Origin: a virus
Lineage: Duplodnaviria > Heunggongvirae > Uroviricota > Caudoviricetes
Virus record (IMG/VR): IMGVR_UViG_2609459857_000004
Location: 1 to 31,179 of that record
Length of the DNA: 31,179 bases
Direction: 5' to 3' (one strand)
The notes under the pieces are model-generated. The model had not been told where the DNA came from. It did no database searches and saw nothing but the letters and a program-made list of their open reading frames with translations. The translations under genes were made by a program, and so were the position numbers. Positions within the stretch are counted from its first letter, which is position 1, and every line of letters begins with the position of its first letter. Below are positions 1 through 8,837 of the stretch, piece by piece.

Positions 1-1020
1 CTACTTACTGACCACAAGCGGTAAATCCAGTGTTGGGGTGATTTTGGTTTTACGATCGTAAATCAACACCTGATTTTCTGTTTTGTGTCCACTGAAAATT
101 TGTTTGTCGCGACTGCTGCCTTCGTAATCTGAAATCCCTTTGGCTTTTATGTCATGGAAGTTGCACCCAAACGGAACGCCGGCTTTTTGCTCGGCTGCAC
201 GTTTAGCCTGATTCCACCAGTTGTTCAGCGTCTTGGCTATTACCTTCCCGCCTTTGGTTGTGTTGATCACATACTCGCATGTGCCGGAAGATACATTTCG
301 GGCTAACTGGATCGCCGTACGTAATCGCGGAGACCATTCCTTGATTTGTTTAGTGCCGGTCTTGTTTTGCTCAATGTAAATCCCTTTATCCATAATATCC
401 TGCCATTTCAGCTCGAGTACATCACCGAGCCTTGCCGCACAAAGATAGGATATCTCCATTGCAATACGTAACTGTGGAATTGCTTCCGCATATATTGCAG
501 CATACTGTTTATCGGTGATGTAAACAGTACGGGCTTTAAGTGTGAATTTTCTGACTCCTTTGCATGGATTATTTTTCACATACCCACGCTCATATCCCCA
601 TCCGTATACACGGCTCAGACTTGCCAGTTCATGGTTTGCCTGGGTCTTGCTCTCAAGTCCTCGCTTATCCATGAAAATTCTTACCTGTTCAATTTTTACA
701 TTATCAGCAAGCACTTTTCCGAATACTGCCAACAATGCCCTTTGATGTTGCCGATAATCTTTTTGGGTTCGGGGGGCCAGTTCTGTAAATGCAGGGGAGT
801 CCATAAACATGTGCCATAATTTAGCGACGGTCATTATGTCGTGGAGTTTTGCTTTTTCCAGCTCATAATTTTGCCAGACTTTAGCTACGCTGGTTTCCCG
901 CACTCTTCCGAGCCCTATAGTTCTTGTGCTTCCTTCGGGTTTCCATACGTAACTGTAACCATTCGATCTAACACGCGGTGGTAGTGCATTATCTTTTTTG
1001 TTTTTTCTTGGTCTTCCCAT
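1..1020 (-). CDS. int: phage integrase (tyrosine recombinase)
   Basis: 339-aa ORF whose stop codon is the first 3 nt of the window; C-terminal region has an LIYDR-type tyrosine motif typical of tyrosine recombinases; small xis-like ORF overlaps its 5' end. Confidence 0.8.
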   Translation of the reverse strand: MGRPRKNKKDNALPPRVRSNGYSYVWKPEGSTRTIGLGRVRETSVAKVWQNYELEKAKLHDIMTVAKLWHMFMDSPAFTELAPRTQKDYRQHQRALLAVFGKVLADNVKIEQVRIFMDKRGLESKTQANHELASLSRVYGWGYERGYVKNNPCKGVRKFTLKARTVYITDKQYAAIYAEAIPQLRIAMEISYLCAARLGDVLELKWQDIMDKGIYIEQNKTGTKQIKEWSPRLRTAIQLARNVSSGTCEYVINTTKGGKVIAKTLNNWWNQAKRAAEQKAGVPFGCNFHDIKAKGISDYEGSSRDKQIFSGHKTENQVLIYDRKTKITPTLDLPLVVSK

Positions 1021-1240
1021 TGTTCAGCGCCTCAAAATCGGGTTCAGCAGAAACCAGTTCAGATACTTTCGACATTGCTGTCAGCCCGTGCGGAACATCC
1101 CGGCGAAGAACTATTGGTTCGTTTTTAGGTCCGATTACAAACGGGATGCCGTGCAGCCTTAGCTGGTGTTGCTGTCTTGTGTATCGCTCGTATCTTGTGA
1201 TCTCTTGAATCTCTGCTGGCGATAGAGTTAATTCGTACAT
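989..1240 (-). CDS. putative excisionase / recombination directionality factor
   Basis: 83-aa basic ORF immediately upstream of int, overlapping the int start by 32 nt (classic xis-int arrangement); assigned by position and size, not lambda-Xis-like in sequence. Confidence 0.4.
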   Translation of the reverse strand: MYELTLSPAEIQEITRYERYTRQQHQLRLHGIPFVIGPKNEPIVLRRDVPHGLTAMSKVSELVSAEPDFEALNNGKTKKKQKR

Positions 1241-1306
1241 GTGGTCACGTGCCTTACAGCATGACCGCCGCCAATATAATTCGGAGGCGGCGATCAGGGT
1301 TGAACA

Positions 1307-3763
1307 TTAAAAATCAACCGGATTCGGGATCAATTTTTGCCAGATTGCTGAAACGTATTTTGCCTGGTGATTGGCGTCATCCAGTGCATTGTGGGGTACA
1401 CCTTCGAACGGGATAGCTGTTCTGGCATCAAAACCGATGGTTTTTCCCAGTTCAACAATTGTGCGCACGTCGCGATCGTTGCAGTAACGCCACGGGCAGG
1501 GGATCCCCTGCCGTTCATATGAACGGCGTAAAATTGCGTTGTCGAAAGTTGCACCATTGCCCCATACCTGCACGAATTTTTCATCTGAATGCTCGCTGAT
1601 GAATTCCCTGAATTGCAGCAGCGCATCATCTAATGGGATTTGATTTACCAAAATTGCAGATCTGACCTCGCTGGACTGCACCAGCCACCATTCGATTGTG
1701 CTTATGTCGACAGTGCCGCCACCGGTTTTTGCATCAATCGTTTTGCTGAACTCCGGCCCCATCTCTCCGGTTTCGGGATCAAAAAATTTACCGCCAATAG
1801 AGTTGATTGGTGCATCAGGGTTTGTTCCCATCGTTTCAAGGTCGACCGAAAGATGATTCCATACTCTGCTGGTGGATGTGATAACGTGATGACTGTTCAC
1901 CGTAATTAAGGGATCCGCCGTCTCGCCAGTTTCACTATCGCTGGCGTTGTCCTGAGCGCTGCCAGCATTCTCCTTGTGTGGATGTTCAGCGCCTTCCATT
2001 TCCTCCGGATCATTTTCCTGAACTTCAACCTGATTCTCTTCATTGAATGTTTCCTGGTATGTTGCGTCGCCCATCACCGCGCCACAATCAGGGCAGTTGC
2101 CGCCACCGCTCTGACCGCAGGCGGTGCAGACTTTTTCCGGTTCCTGTTGCGCTACTGGTTCGGATTGTTTCGTTTCTGGCTCGTTTTGTAACGCATTTGA
2201 GCTGTTTTGTTCCTCTTTCTGGTCGTTCTGTTCCGTTTCTTGCTGGTTCTGGTTCACAGAATCGCGGGTTTCAATCCCCTTCACCCATTTCGGATCATTC
2301 GGGTCGCTAATCCCTGCAACAAATTCACCGCGAGAGGCCGCAAGCAACTTATCGGCGTCAGGCTGGCTGATATTGGCTGCCTGCATAATTTTGTTTACTT
2401 CGTCAGCGGTAACTTTTACCTGATTAACTGGATCTATCTGTGCCTGAGCATCCAGCGATTGCGTGTCCTGGCGATGTTCAGTTGTATCCGGTTCCATTGT
2501 TTCAGCCGTTGCCTGTTCATCTGCCATTGCGTCAGACGGTTGTGATTTTTCCTCATTATTTTTTTCTTCTTCTGTCTCGCGTTCAGCAGCCAGTTCGCGG
2601 TTAACTTCTTCCAGGATATCTTTTTCCGGTGTATGTCGTGCAGCAGCGAGAGTTTCCTCGGTAGGGTTCTCGTGATCAGTCTCCGTTAAATAGGCGTTGA
2701 TATACCCCTGAAGGCGTCCCGGGTAATGATAAAACTCAGGGTGTGCGCTCCGGATAAGTGCAAAAATAGCGGCGCGGGAATAATCCAGGATACCCGGGAT
2801 TGCGCGAAGTGCTGCGGACCATTCTTTGAACGGACTTTCTTTCTTCTGGACGACTTCTTTTGCGCGACGATAAACGCTGCCCGGAATTTCATAAATATTA
2901 AAATCCATCGGAAGTGTGGCCGCTGCAATCTCCACATCCAGCGTATCGAAGGTGTGTACTAAATTCGGATTGCGATCGGTTTTGTTCCCTCCACCGGCAT
3001 TAGCGCCGGAAGCCGTGCGGGTGATACGAGAAACACGATTTCCTTTCATCCACTCTTTTGTCAGCAGACCGCGATCGGTGTAGTCAGCGCCCAGGTATGC
3101 TTCGAAAAAAGCAGTCATTAGCCCCAGGCCTGAATTGCCAGGATTAGGGAAAACTTTGTCAGTATCACGCACCAGTTTGTGGAGATCGCGAATTTCCAGT
3201 GGATCGAGCAGACTGGTTTTATGCGAAATAGCGAGGGCAGTAACAGCTGGTAGTTCTTCAGCCCGTGCAATGTGTAATGCCTGGAGTTCGTCGCGTGAAA
3301 CGTGCGTTACCGGTTTTTCGCTGCCACGTTGAGCAAGCCAGCGAATGGGCAGTTCCTGACCGGAAACCGGCAGGAGCATGTTCTCCTCAATCTCAGCCAT
3401 GTCTTCGCCGTTGACGTTGGTATTGTCAGTGCTGGCTGGTTTATCCTGAACAGAGGGCGAGGGCGCGATAAGTACCATTGTGATACCATCTTCTCCGCCT
3501 TTTTCGTATCGGTTGCAGAATTCGGTATCAAACACGCCTTCCGGAGGAAGGTCATTCACAACGGGTAAATGGACGCGAACAGGTTTTTTAAAATCCTCTT
3601 CGTCAAATCCGGCATCGTCCATTGCGACAACACCGCGTGATATTGCAACCGATAATTTTTTTGCTGTGCGCCAGTAAAAACCGCCTTTAATCCCAAGACG
3701 TTTTCTGACTTTGTCATTTTTGGCTTCGTAATATAGTGCAATTTCTTCTTTATCAGCGCTCAT
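1307..3763 (-). CDS. RecE-like prophage exonuclease with C-terminal DEDDh (DnaQ-like) 3'-5' exonuclease domain
   Basis: 818-aa ORF with RBS GAGG upstream of ATG; C-terminal ~190 aa carry Exo I (VDLETMG), Exo II ([11 protein letters not shown]) and Exo III (HNALDDA) motifs; N-terminal region recalled as RecE-like, with an acidic low-complexity E/Q/N-rich linker. Confidence 0.65.
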   Translation of the reverse strand: MSADKEEIALYYEAKNDKVRKRLGIKGGFYWRTAKKLSVAISRGVVAMDDAGFDEEDFKKPVRVHLPVVNDLPPEGVFDTEFCNRYEKGGEDGITMVLIAPSPSVQDKPASTDNTNVNGEDMAEIEENMLLPVSGQELPIRWLAQRGSEKPVTHVSRDELQALHIARAEELPAVTALAISHKTSLLDPLEIRDLHKLVRDTDKVFPNPGNSGLGLMTAFFEAYLGADYTDRGLLTKEWMKGNRVSRITRTASGANAGGGNKTDRNPNLVHTFDTLDVEIAAATLPMDFNIYEIPGSVYRRAKEVVQKKESPFKEWSAALRAIPGILDYSRAAIFALIRSAHPEFYHYPGRLQGYINAYLTETDHENPTEETLAAARHTPEKDILEEVNRELAAERETEEEKNNEEKSQPSDAMADEQATAETMEPDTTEHRQDTQSLDAQAQIDPVNQVKVTADEVNKIMQAANISQPDADKLLAASRGEFVAGISDPNDPKWVKGIETRDSVNQNQQETEQNDQKEEQNSSNALQNEPETKQSEPVAQQEPEKVCTACGQSGGGNCPDCGAVMGDATYQETFNEENQVEVQENDPEEMEGAEHPHKENAGSAQDNASDSETGETADPLITVNSHHVITSTSRVWNHLSVDLETMGTNPDAPINSIGGKFFDPETGEMGPEFSKTIDAKTGGGTVDISTIEWWLVQSSEVRSAILVNQIPLDDALLQFREFISEHSDEKFVQVWGNGATFDNAILRRSYERQGIPCPWRYCNDRDVRTIVELGKTIGFDARTAIPFEGVPHNALDDANHQAKYVSAIWQKLIPNPVDF

Positions 3764-3853
3764 TGATAAACCTCATAACCATTTTTAGGGTGAACAAGTC
3801 CCTGCCATTGCTGGCATATAAAAATAAAACCGGATATTTATTACGGTGCTGGT

Positions 3854-4045
3854 TTAAAGCCCTGCCGGGACTTCGTTATTATCCATGCGAATAACTTTAT
3901 CGACCGGATAACAGTTACCGGGAATTTTCTGTTCCGCTGCGGCAGCCATGCATTCTTTCATTGAGCTGTATACGCCAGTAACCGTGTCAACCGGTTCGCC
4001 GGAAACAAGAAAAACCGTCAGAACAAGTGCAAATGTGGTATTCAT
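3854..4045 (-). CDS. small secreted/membrane-anchored hypothetical protein
   Basis: 63 aa from internal ATG (MNTTFALVLTVFLVSG...), hydrophobic N-terminal signal-like segment; ATGA start/stop overlap with upstream ORF. Confidence 0.45.
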   Translation of the reverse strand: MNTTFALVLTVFLVSGEPVDTVTGVYSSMKECMAAAAEQKIPGNCYPVDKVIRMDNNEVPAGL

Positions 4046-4230
4046 TGCCAGTATCCTTTTTGCATCAGACGTAAACGGGCCAGCATTGAAACAATGCATA
4101 TTTGATTTAATAACTCCCGTTCGTGTTTTCTCTTATTAATGGCATCTTCAGTAAATGCAGGGTTACTGATACTGACACCAATTTCAAAACAACCTTCAGA
4201 CGTATTAACGTTTGGTAATAATGTTTCCAT
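4042..4230 (-). CDS. hypothetical early-operon protein
   Basis: 62-aa ORF with GAGGA RBS 8 nt upstream of ATG; translationally coupled to the next ORF. Confidence 0.45.
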   Translation of the reverse strand: METLLPNVNTSEGCFEIGVSISNPAFTEDAINKRKHERELLNQICIVSMLARLRLMQKGYWQ

Positions 4231-4796
4231 TATCGCGTCCTCAACAATGAATTTTGTGATGCGGTGCCTGGTGCCTCCAGGTGACGTTAACCAGTTAACA
4301 ATTAACGCCGGAATACAGGGAAACCAACTCCATAAAACAAATACGGAGTACCGATCACTTTTTTAACTGTTCCGCGTGCGCTGAGCCGCATTCACCGCAT
4401 CACAAAATTCACTTTAAAAAGGGCGGACATCAGCCAGCAATGAAACTGATGCCGCCAAAAGGTAATCAACATGGGTTGTTGCAGCGGGGTTGTCACTTAA
4501 GCGTATGGTCAACCTGACAACCCGGTGTTATCTCGAGGAAAGGATAGCCTCGCCATACTTACCGCCGCGCCATTTCGCGGAGTGCCACAACCGGAAGCGC
4601 ACGGTCGAATTAAATTTAACGACACCGTACAGTGAGACGAACTTCGCCGTGCGCTTTCGCGTTATGCCCTGACTTTTCAGGGATATATCCTTTCAGTAAA
4701 CTGTCAGTGCCGGATGCTCACCCGTGTCCGGCGCACGACCACACGTGGCAGCGTGTTGGTCTCCATTTTTAACCCAGAACCCAAATGGAGGATAAA

Positions 4797-5027
4797 ATGT
4801 CAGAACAATTTAACCCCCTGCGGAGACCTGCCTCAGCAGCACAACAAGTCGTGCTTGAAGTTGTTCGCGCGGGTAAGTTGTACGAAAAACACAACTTTCT
4901 GAACTTTTTACACACATGCTTGACCATTACCGTGCTGAGGCGAAACGCCTGGAGCAGGAAAATAAAGCTCAATAAAAGCTGCTTTAATGATCTGAGCCAG
5001 TATGATTGCTGGCTCTTTTTGTGTTGA
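4797..5027 (+). CDS. hypothetical small protein (possible opposite-strand moron)
   Basis: ATG preceded by GGAGGA at 8 nt; ORF ends just after a plus-strand intrinsic terminator; overlaps convergent minus-strand ORF 4908..5105, so only one may be real. Confidence 0.3.
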   Translation: MSEQFNPLRRPASAAQQVVLEVVRAGKLYEKHNFLNFLHTCLTITVLRRNAWSRKIKLNKSCFNDLSQYDCWLFLC

Positions 5028-5105
5028 ATCCAGGTCTGCTAATTTTTGACGAAGACAGTCTGCAGCTATAACCTGCAAATCTGCAGGTAAATCTTTAAAT
5101 TCCAT
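4908..5105 (-). CDS. hypothetical small protein
   Basis: 65-aa ORF with GAGG RBS 8 nt upstream; N-terminal 45 aa look protein-like; 3' end overlaps the plus-strand ORF and terminator. Confidence 0.3.
   Translation of the reverse strand: MEFKDLPADLQVIAADCLRQKLADLDSTQKEPAIILAQIIKAAFIELYFPAPGVSPQHGNGQACV
4994..5022 (+). terminator. rho-independent terminator (plus strand)
   Basis: 7-bp stem GAGCCAG/CTGGCTC with 8-nt loop followed by TTTTTGTGTT. Confidence 0.5.
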
Positions 5106-5127
5106 TATTAGCCTCGTTGGTTAGCTA

Positions 5128-5346
5128 TTAACGCGGGTATGTAATCATTCTGGCAATGCTTAATGCCGCTGCTTTTTCCAGCTTGGTTATATCTTTTTCC
5201 AGAGCGGACAGATTTTCAGCCTGCTTAGCCCTGGCTTCATTGGCCCATTTCAGATCCTGCGCTGCATTAATTTTCTGGCGCATCCACTCATAAAGTTCAT
5301 CATCGGTATAGTCTGGCGCGATGATGACGGGTTCTCGTTTCTGCAT
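5128..5346 (-). CDS. hypothetical early-operon protein
   Basis: 72-aa ORF, GAGGA RBS 7 nt upstream of ATG, charged helical composition. Confidence 0.45.
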   Translation of the reverse strand: MQKREPVIIAPDYTDDELYEWMRQKINAAQDLKWANEARAKQAENLSALEKDITKLEKAAALSIARMITYPR

Positions 5347-5375
5347 ACTGATTCCTCGCGGTGCTGCTTCGCTTA

Positions 5376-5504
5376 TCAGCCGTTAGATTTTGCCGAGCTG
5401 GAAAGCGCCTGTTTAAACTCACTGAAGCTGAGAGCTTCTTCGCCTTCGGCAAGGCCTTCGAAGTATTCTTCGTAAGCCTTTTCCATGATTGCGTCGAAAT
5501 CCAT
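5376..5504 (-). CDS. hypothetical small acidic protein (42 aa)
   Basis: ATG 5504 lies 2 nt downstream of the stop of the preceding 51-aa ORF (TGATATGG junction); the track's 98-aa reading in this frame has a poorly spaced RBS. Confidence 0.3.
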   Translation of the reverse strand: MDFDAIMEKAYEEYFEGLAEGEEALSFSEFKQALSSSAKSNG

Positions 5505-5505
5505 A

Positions 5506-5661
5506 TCACTCACCTGAATTTCTTTCCAGCCAGCGACGCGCGCCAGATTCGGTTTTAAACGTTTTGCTTTTGGTATACGTCGTCGCGGTGAATGTGCCGT
5601 CCTGGTTGGGAAACACGCCACACACCAGAGATTCGTTGTTGCCAAGATCGATAGTATCCAT
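5506..5661 (-). CDS. hypothetical small protein (51 aa), first gene of leftward operon
   Basis: ATG 5661 with GAGG RBS 6 nt upstream; below the 60-aa cutoff of the track; translated manually (MDTIDLGNNESLVCGVF...). Confidence 0.35.
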   Translation of the reverse strand: MDTIDLGNNESLVCGVFPNQDGTFTATTYTKSKTFKTESGARRWLERNSGE

Positions 5662-5728
5662 GTTGACCTCATTTCCCCTTAACGCCGGGGTAGCGGAACT
5701 TTAGCCTGACAACGATGCGGTTCGTTGA

Positions 5729-5780
5729 TGGAATTACTTTACAATAATTACTTTCATTGTCAAGTGTTGATTGAAAGAAA
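5729..5780 (-). promoter_or_regulatory. candidate leftward early promoter (pL-like) with operator motif TTGAAAGAAA
   Basis: On the minus strand TTGACA (5763..5758), 16-nt spacer, TAAAGT (5741..5736); operator-like TTGAAAGAAA at 5771-5780 directly upstream. Confidence 0.4.
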
Positions 5781-5836
5781 TGCTGAAAGCAGCCGTATGA
5801 CTGCTTAGATAGATATGAGGAGACTGTGCTTAGGAA

Positions 5837-6253
5837 TTATTTCTGGTGGGACTGAATCATGCTCAAGACATCGCCTTTGAGTTGCTCCAGTTCTTCTATC
5901 TGAGATTTAATAGAAATAAGCAAGCGTAGTTTTTCTGTTTCCGGTAACTGATTGAAAAGTGAAAGCAAAAGCTTTTCATTGTCATCCAGTTCTCGTCCGG
6001 AAAAAGTCTCAGCATGAAGCTCCCCCTGTGCTGTTGAATCTGGTGACATGAAAAACCAGTGTTCTGCTTTACCTGCTGCCGCGGCTAGGCGTTTTAGCCC
6101 TTGCCCTCTGGGAAGAGATTTACCTTTAGCCCATTGCTGGACGGCTTGCGGAGATACCATCGCGTGCTTGGCTATGTCGGATAAGTTCCAGTTTTTTTCG
6201 TCCTGCAACAGCTTTAGGCGGTAAACAAGATTTGGGTGTTTTACGTTGTCCAT
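5837..6253 (-). CDS. prophage repressor, HTH XRE-family (DicA/CI-like, no peptidase domain)
   Basis: 138-aa ORF with N-terminal HTH-like segment (LSDIAKHAMVSPQAVQQWAKGKSLP); divergent from a Cro-like gene across an operator-bearing intergenic region; no strong SD. Confidence 0.75.
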   Translation of the reverse strand: MDNVKHPNLVYRLKLLQDEKNWNLSDIAKHAMVSPQAVQQWAKGKSLPRGQGLKRLAAAAGKAEHWFFMSPDSTAQGELHAETFSGRELDDNEKLLLSLFNQLPETEKLRLLISIKSQIEELEQLKGDVLSMIQSHQK

Positions 6254-6361
6254 TTAGTCATTTTACAAGCTTTGCTTTCATATGGCATTGGAATTGTTTT
6301 AATGTTGCTATTGAAAGAAAATCTTTTTTGATGTAGAAATTCTTTCAATATGGAGGTGTAA
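6254..6361. promoter_or_regulatory. immunity switch region: divergent promoters and operators
   Basis: TTGAAAGAA (6311-6319) and inverted copy TTCTTTCAA (6340-6348) flank a candidate rightward promoter TTGAAA-17-TAGAAA; GGAGG RBS precedes the Cro-like ATG at 6362. Confidence 0.55.
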
Positions 6362-6640
6362 ATGAGTCACGTTTTGAAAAGCAAGATTACGAAAATCATG
6401 AATCAATCAGAAATTGCTAAACATCTAGGAGTTAAGTCTCAGGCTGTAAGTGGATGGCTCAACTTCACTGGGGTTATACCAGCAGATCGAGTCATTCCAT
6501 TGAGTCGAGTTCTTGACTGGCAAGTTACTCCCCACGAACTTCGCCCTGACATTTATCCCAACCCAACAGATGGACTACCTTGTGAAAATAAGTGTATGTC
6601 GAATGAATCACTGGCGGTGAACAATGATATTCACTCCTGA
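6362..6640 (+). CDS. Cro-like / YdaS-family HTH regulator
   Basis: 92-aa ORF with GGAGG RBS; HTH-like SEIAKHLGVKSQAVSGW and an ELRPDI motif recalled from YdaS-type Cro proteins; divergent from the repressor. Confidence 0.65.
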   Translation: MSHVLKSKITKIMNQSEIAKHLGVKSQAVSGWLNFTGVIPADRVIPLSRVLDWQVTPHELRPDIYPNPTDGLPCENKCMSNESLAVNNDIHS

Positions 6641-7145
6641 GCAGGCTCGCGAGGCTCTGGATGCCTGGGTATGCCGACCAGGAATGACGCAGGAGCAGGC
6701 GACGATATTAATCACGGAAGCATTCTGGGCTCTGAAAGAACGCCCGAACATCGATGTTCATCGCGTCACGTTTGATGATGGCGCGGTTGATCAACGGGCG
6801 CTGGGCGTTAACAGGGTGAAGATATTCGAACGCTGGAAAGCTATCGACACCAGGGATAAGCGTGAAAAATTCACGGCGCTGATTCCGGCAATTATGGAGG
6901 CTATCCGGATCAGCGATTTCAGGTTGTATTGTGAAATTACTGACGGAAAAAGCATTACGTACATGATCGCCGGGTTAAACAAAGAATATGGCGATGTGGT
7001 GGAGTCCGGGCTGCTTTTTGCGGATCCAGCTGTTGTGGAACGTGAGACTGACGAGCTTATAGAAAAAGCCATTGCTTTCAAGCGTGCGTATCGTCAGCAA
7101 TATCAACAAAAAGTCGGATGGAATTATGAGTCTTCTTTTTGCTGA
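6624..7145 (+). CDS. hypothetical early regulatory protein (possibly YdaT/CII-like)
   Basis: 173-aa ORF overlapping the Cro-like stop; sits in the CII position; functional assignment is by position only. Confidence 0.4.
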   Translation: MIFTPEQAREALDAWVCRPGMTQEQATILITEAFWALKERPNIDVHRVTFDDGAVDQRALGVNRVKIFERWKAIDTRDKREKFTALIPAIMEAIRISDFRLYCEITDGKSITYMIAGLNKEYGDVVESGLLFADPAVVERETDELIEKAIAFKRAYRQQYQQKVGWNYESSFC

Positions 7146-8091
7146 ACGCCCACTGGTTATTAACACGCAGCTGGCGATGAAAATTGGTCTGAACGAAGCC
7201 ATCGTGTTGCAGCAGCTGCATTACTGGTTGAGAGATACCGGTTCCGGCATGGAATGTGATGGTGTTCGCTGGATTTATAACACAACAGAACAATGGCTGG
7301 AACAGTTCCCGTTCTGGTCAGAGTCAACGTTAAAACGCGCATTTGCAAGTCTGAAAGCGCTGGGGCTTTTGCGTTGCGAAAAGCTCAACAAATCAAAGCG
7401 TGACATGACTAATTTTTACACGATTAATTACGAGAGCGAGCTTTTAGATGGTGGCAAAGTGAGCGAATCCATCAGGTCAAAATGCGCCGCTCCATCAGGT
7501 CAAAATGACACGATGGAAGAGGCCAAAATGACACGCTCCATTGGTTCAAAACGACACAATGTCATCGGGTCAAAATGGCCTGATGATCTTACAGAGAATA
7601 CAACAGAGATTACTACAGAGAATAAAAACACTTCTCGTCCGGAAGCTTTGCAACCGGACATGCAGACGGCTGAACAGGATTTTTTGACCCGACATCCTGA
7701 CGCGGTTGTGTTCAGTGCGAAAAAACGCCAGTGGGGCAGCCAGGAAGATTTAGCGTGTGCGCAGTGGATCTGGGGACGAATCGTGAGTCTTTACGAGCAG
7801 GCTGCCAGCGATGATGGCGAAATCATGCGACCGAAAGAACCCAACTGGACTGCATGGGCCAATGATGTGCGCACAATGCGGATGCTGGATGGCAGAACTC
7901 ACAGACAAATTTGCGAAATGTTTGGTCGGGTGCAGCGGGATCCCTTCTGGGTAAAAAACGTCATGAGCCCGTCAAAGCTTCGCGAAAAATGGGATGAGCT
8001 GGTTATTCGTCTGGGGCGTTCGCCTGTACAGCGTTGTGTGAATCACATTTCTGAACCGGATACCGAAATTCCGCCGGGCTTCAGGGGGTAA
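7126..8091 (+). CDS. phage replication initiation protein (O-like replisome organizer)
   Basis: 322 aa from ATG 7126; N-terminus resembles phage replisome-organizer N-terminal domains; contains in-frame origin iterons, as lambda O does. Confidence 0.65.
   Translation: MSLLFAERPLVINTQLAMKIGLNEAIVLQQLHYWLRDTGSGMECDGVRWIYNTTEQWLEQFPFWSESTLKRAFASLKALGLLRCEKLNKSKRDMTNFYTINYESELLDGGKVSESIRSKCAAPSGQNDTMEEAKMTRSIGSKRHNVIGSKWPDDLTENTTEITTENKNTSRPEALQPDMQTAEQDFLTRHPDAVVFSAKKRQWGSQEDLACAQWIWGRIVSLYEQAASDDGEIMRPKEPNWTAWANDVRTMRMLDGRTHRQICEMFGRVQRDPFWVKNVMSPSKLREKWDELVIRLGRSPVQRCVNHISEPDTEIPPGFRG
7468..7640. repeat. putative replication origin: five iterons plus AT-rich repeats, inside the O-like gene
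   Basis: GGTCAAAATG-like motif at 7474, 7497, 7521, 7544 and 7568 (about 23.5-bp periodicity), followed by an A/T-rich stretch with ACAGAGAAT repeats. Confidence 0.6.
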
Positions 8092-8133
8092 GTGTTGATT
8101 TGAGGTTATGAAGTTATTTTCTCAGGAGAGTTT

Positions 8134-8535
8134 ATGGGGACTATTTATACCGAAGAACAGCGGGAAAGATTACAGCGTCATATCGTTGACCTTGTGCGTA
8201 AAAACGGGCGTATGACAATGCCACAACTGGCATCGGCAACATATGCTTCACATGATTCCATTCGCCGGTACCTGAAGATGCTGGTGAGCCAGGGCGAAGT
8301 GTATGTTGTCAGCGGAAAAGGGGTATTTCTTTCAGAGAGGGTTTACCGTGAATGGCTGGCAAGTTCGGCAAGAAAAGCAAGGGTTATCCGCAAACCAGCA
8401 CAAAAACAGGGTAAGGCAGGAGCACAACCCTACGACCGGCACCAGAACATAATTTGCCGTGAGTGCCGTCAGAGTGAGGTTATGCAGCGTGTACTGGCGT
8501 TCTATCAGGGAGATTTTCAGGAGGTGATGGAGTGA
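8134..8535 (+). CDS. hypothetical protein, possible winged-helix DNA-binding
   Basis: 133-aa ORF with AGGAGAG RBS; basic central region, CxxC near C-terminus. Confidence 0.45.
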   Translation: MGTIYTEEQRERLQRHIVDLVRKNGRMTMPQLASATYASHDSIRRYLKMLVSQGEVYVVSGKGVFLSERVYREWLASSARKARVIRKPAQKQGKAGAQPYDRHQNIICRECRQSEVMQRVLAFYQGDFQEVME

Positions 8536-8837
8536 GGGTAAGGGTTTATATCGCTGGTCCGATGACCGGGTATAAAAATTTCAACCGTGAGGCGTTCCAC
8601 AATGCGGAAGAGGAACTGAAACGGGAAGGGCATACAGTCTTAAACCCGGCAGTACTTCCAGACGGGCTGACACAGCCACACTACATGGATATTTGTATGG
8701 CAATGATTCGTTGTGTGGATGCGATTTACATGCTGAAAGGCTGGCAGCGGTCAGCAGGTGCTAAAGCAGAACTGGCGCTGGCGGAGAAACTGGGGCATGC
8801 AGTTATTTTCCAGGAGGCAACCAGTGAGCAAGATTGA
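8532..8837 (+). CDS. DUF4406-like (nucleoside 2-deoxyribosyltransferase-fold) protein
   Basis: 101-aa ORF, GTG start overlapping previous stop (GTGA) with AGGAGG RBS; N-terminal RVYIAGPMTG motif recalled from the DUF4406 family. Confidence 0.5.
   Translation: MRVRVYIAGPMTGYKNFNREAFHNAEEELKREGHTVLNPAVLPDGLTQPHYMDICMAMIRCVDAIYMLKGWQRSAGAKAELALAEKLGHAVIFQEATSEQD

Noticed and set aside
1330-3741. Numerous 60-110-aa ORFs on both strands inside the exonuclease gene
   Set aside because: They are fully embedded in or antisense to a long ORF with clear nuclease motifs, and have Cys/Arg-rich shadow-frame composition.
4248-4790. Retron msr/msd interpretation of the inverted-repeat region
   Set aside because: Retron ncRNAs sit next to a reverse transcriptase gene; no RT-like ORF is present anywhere in the window.
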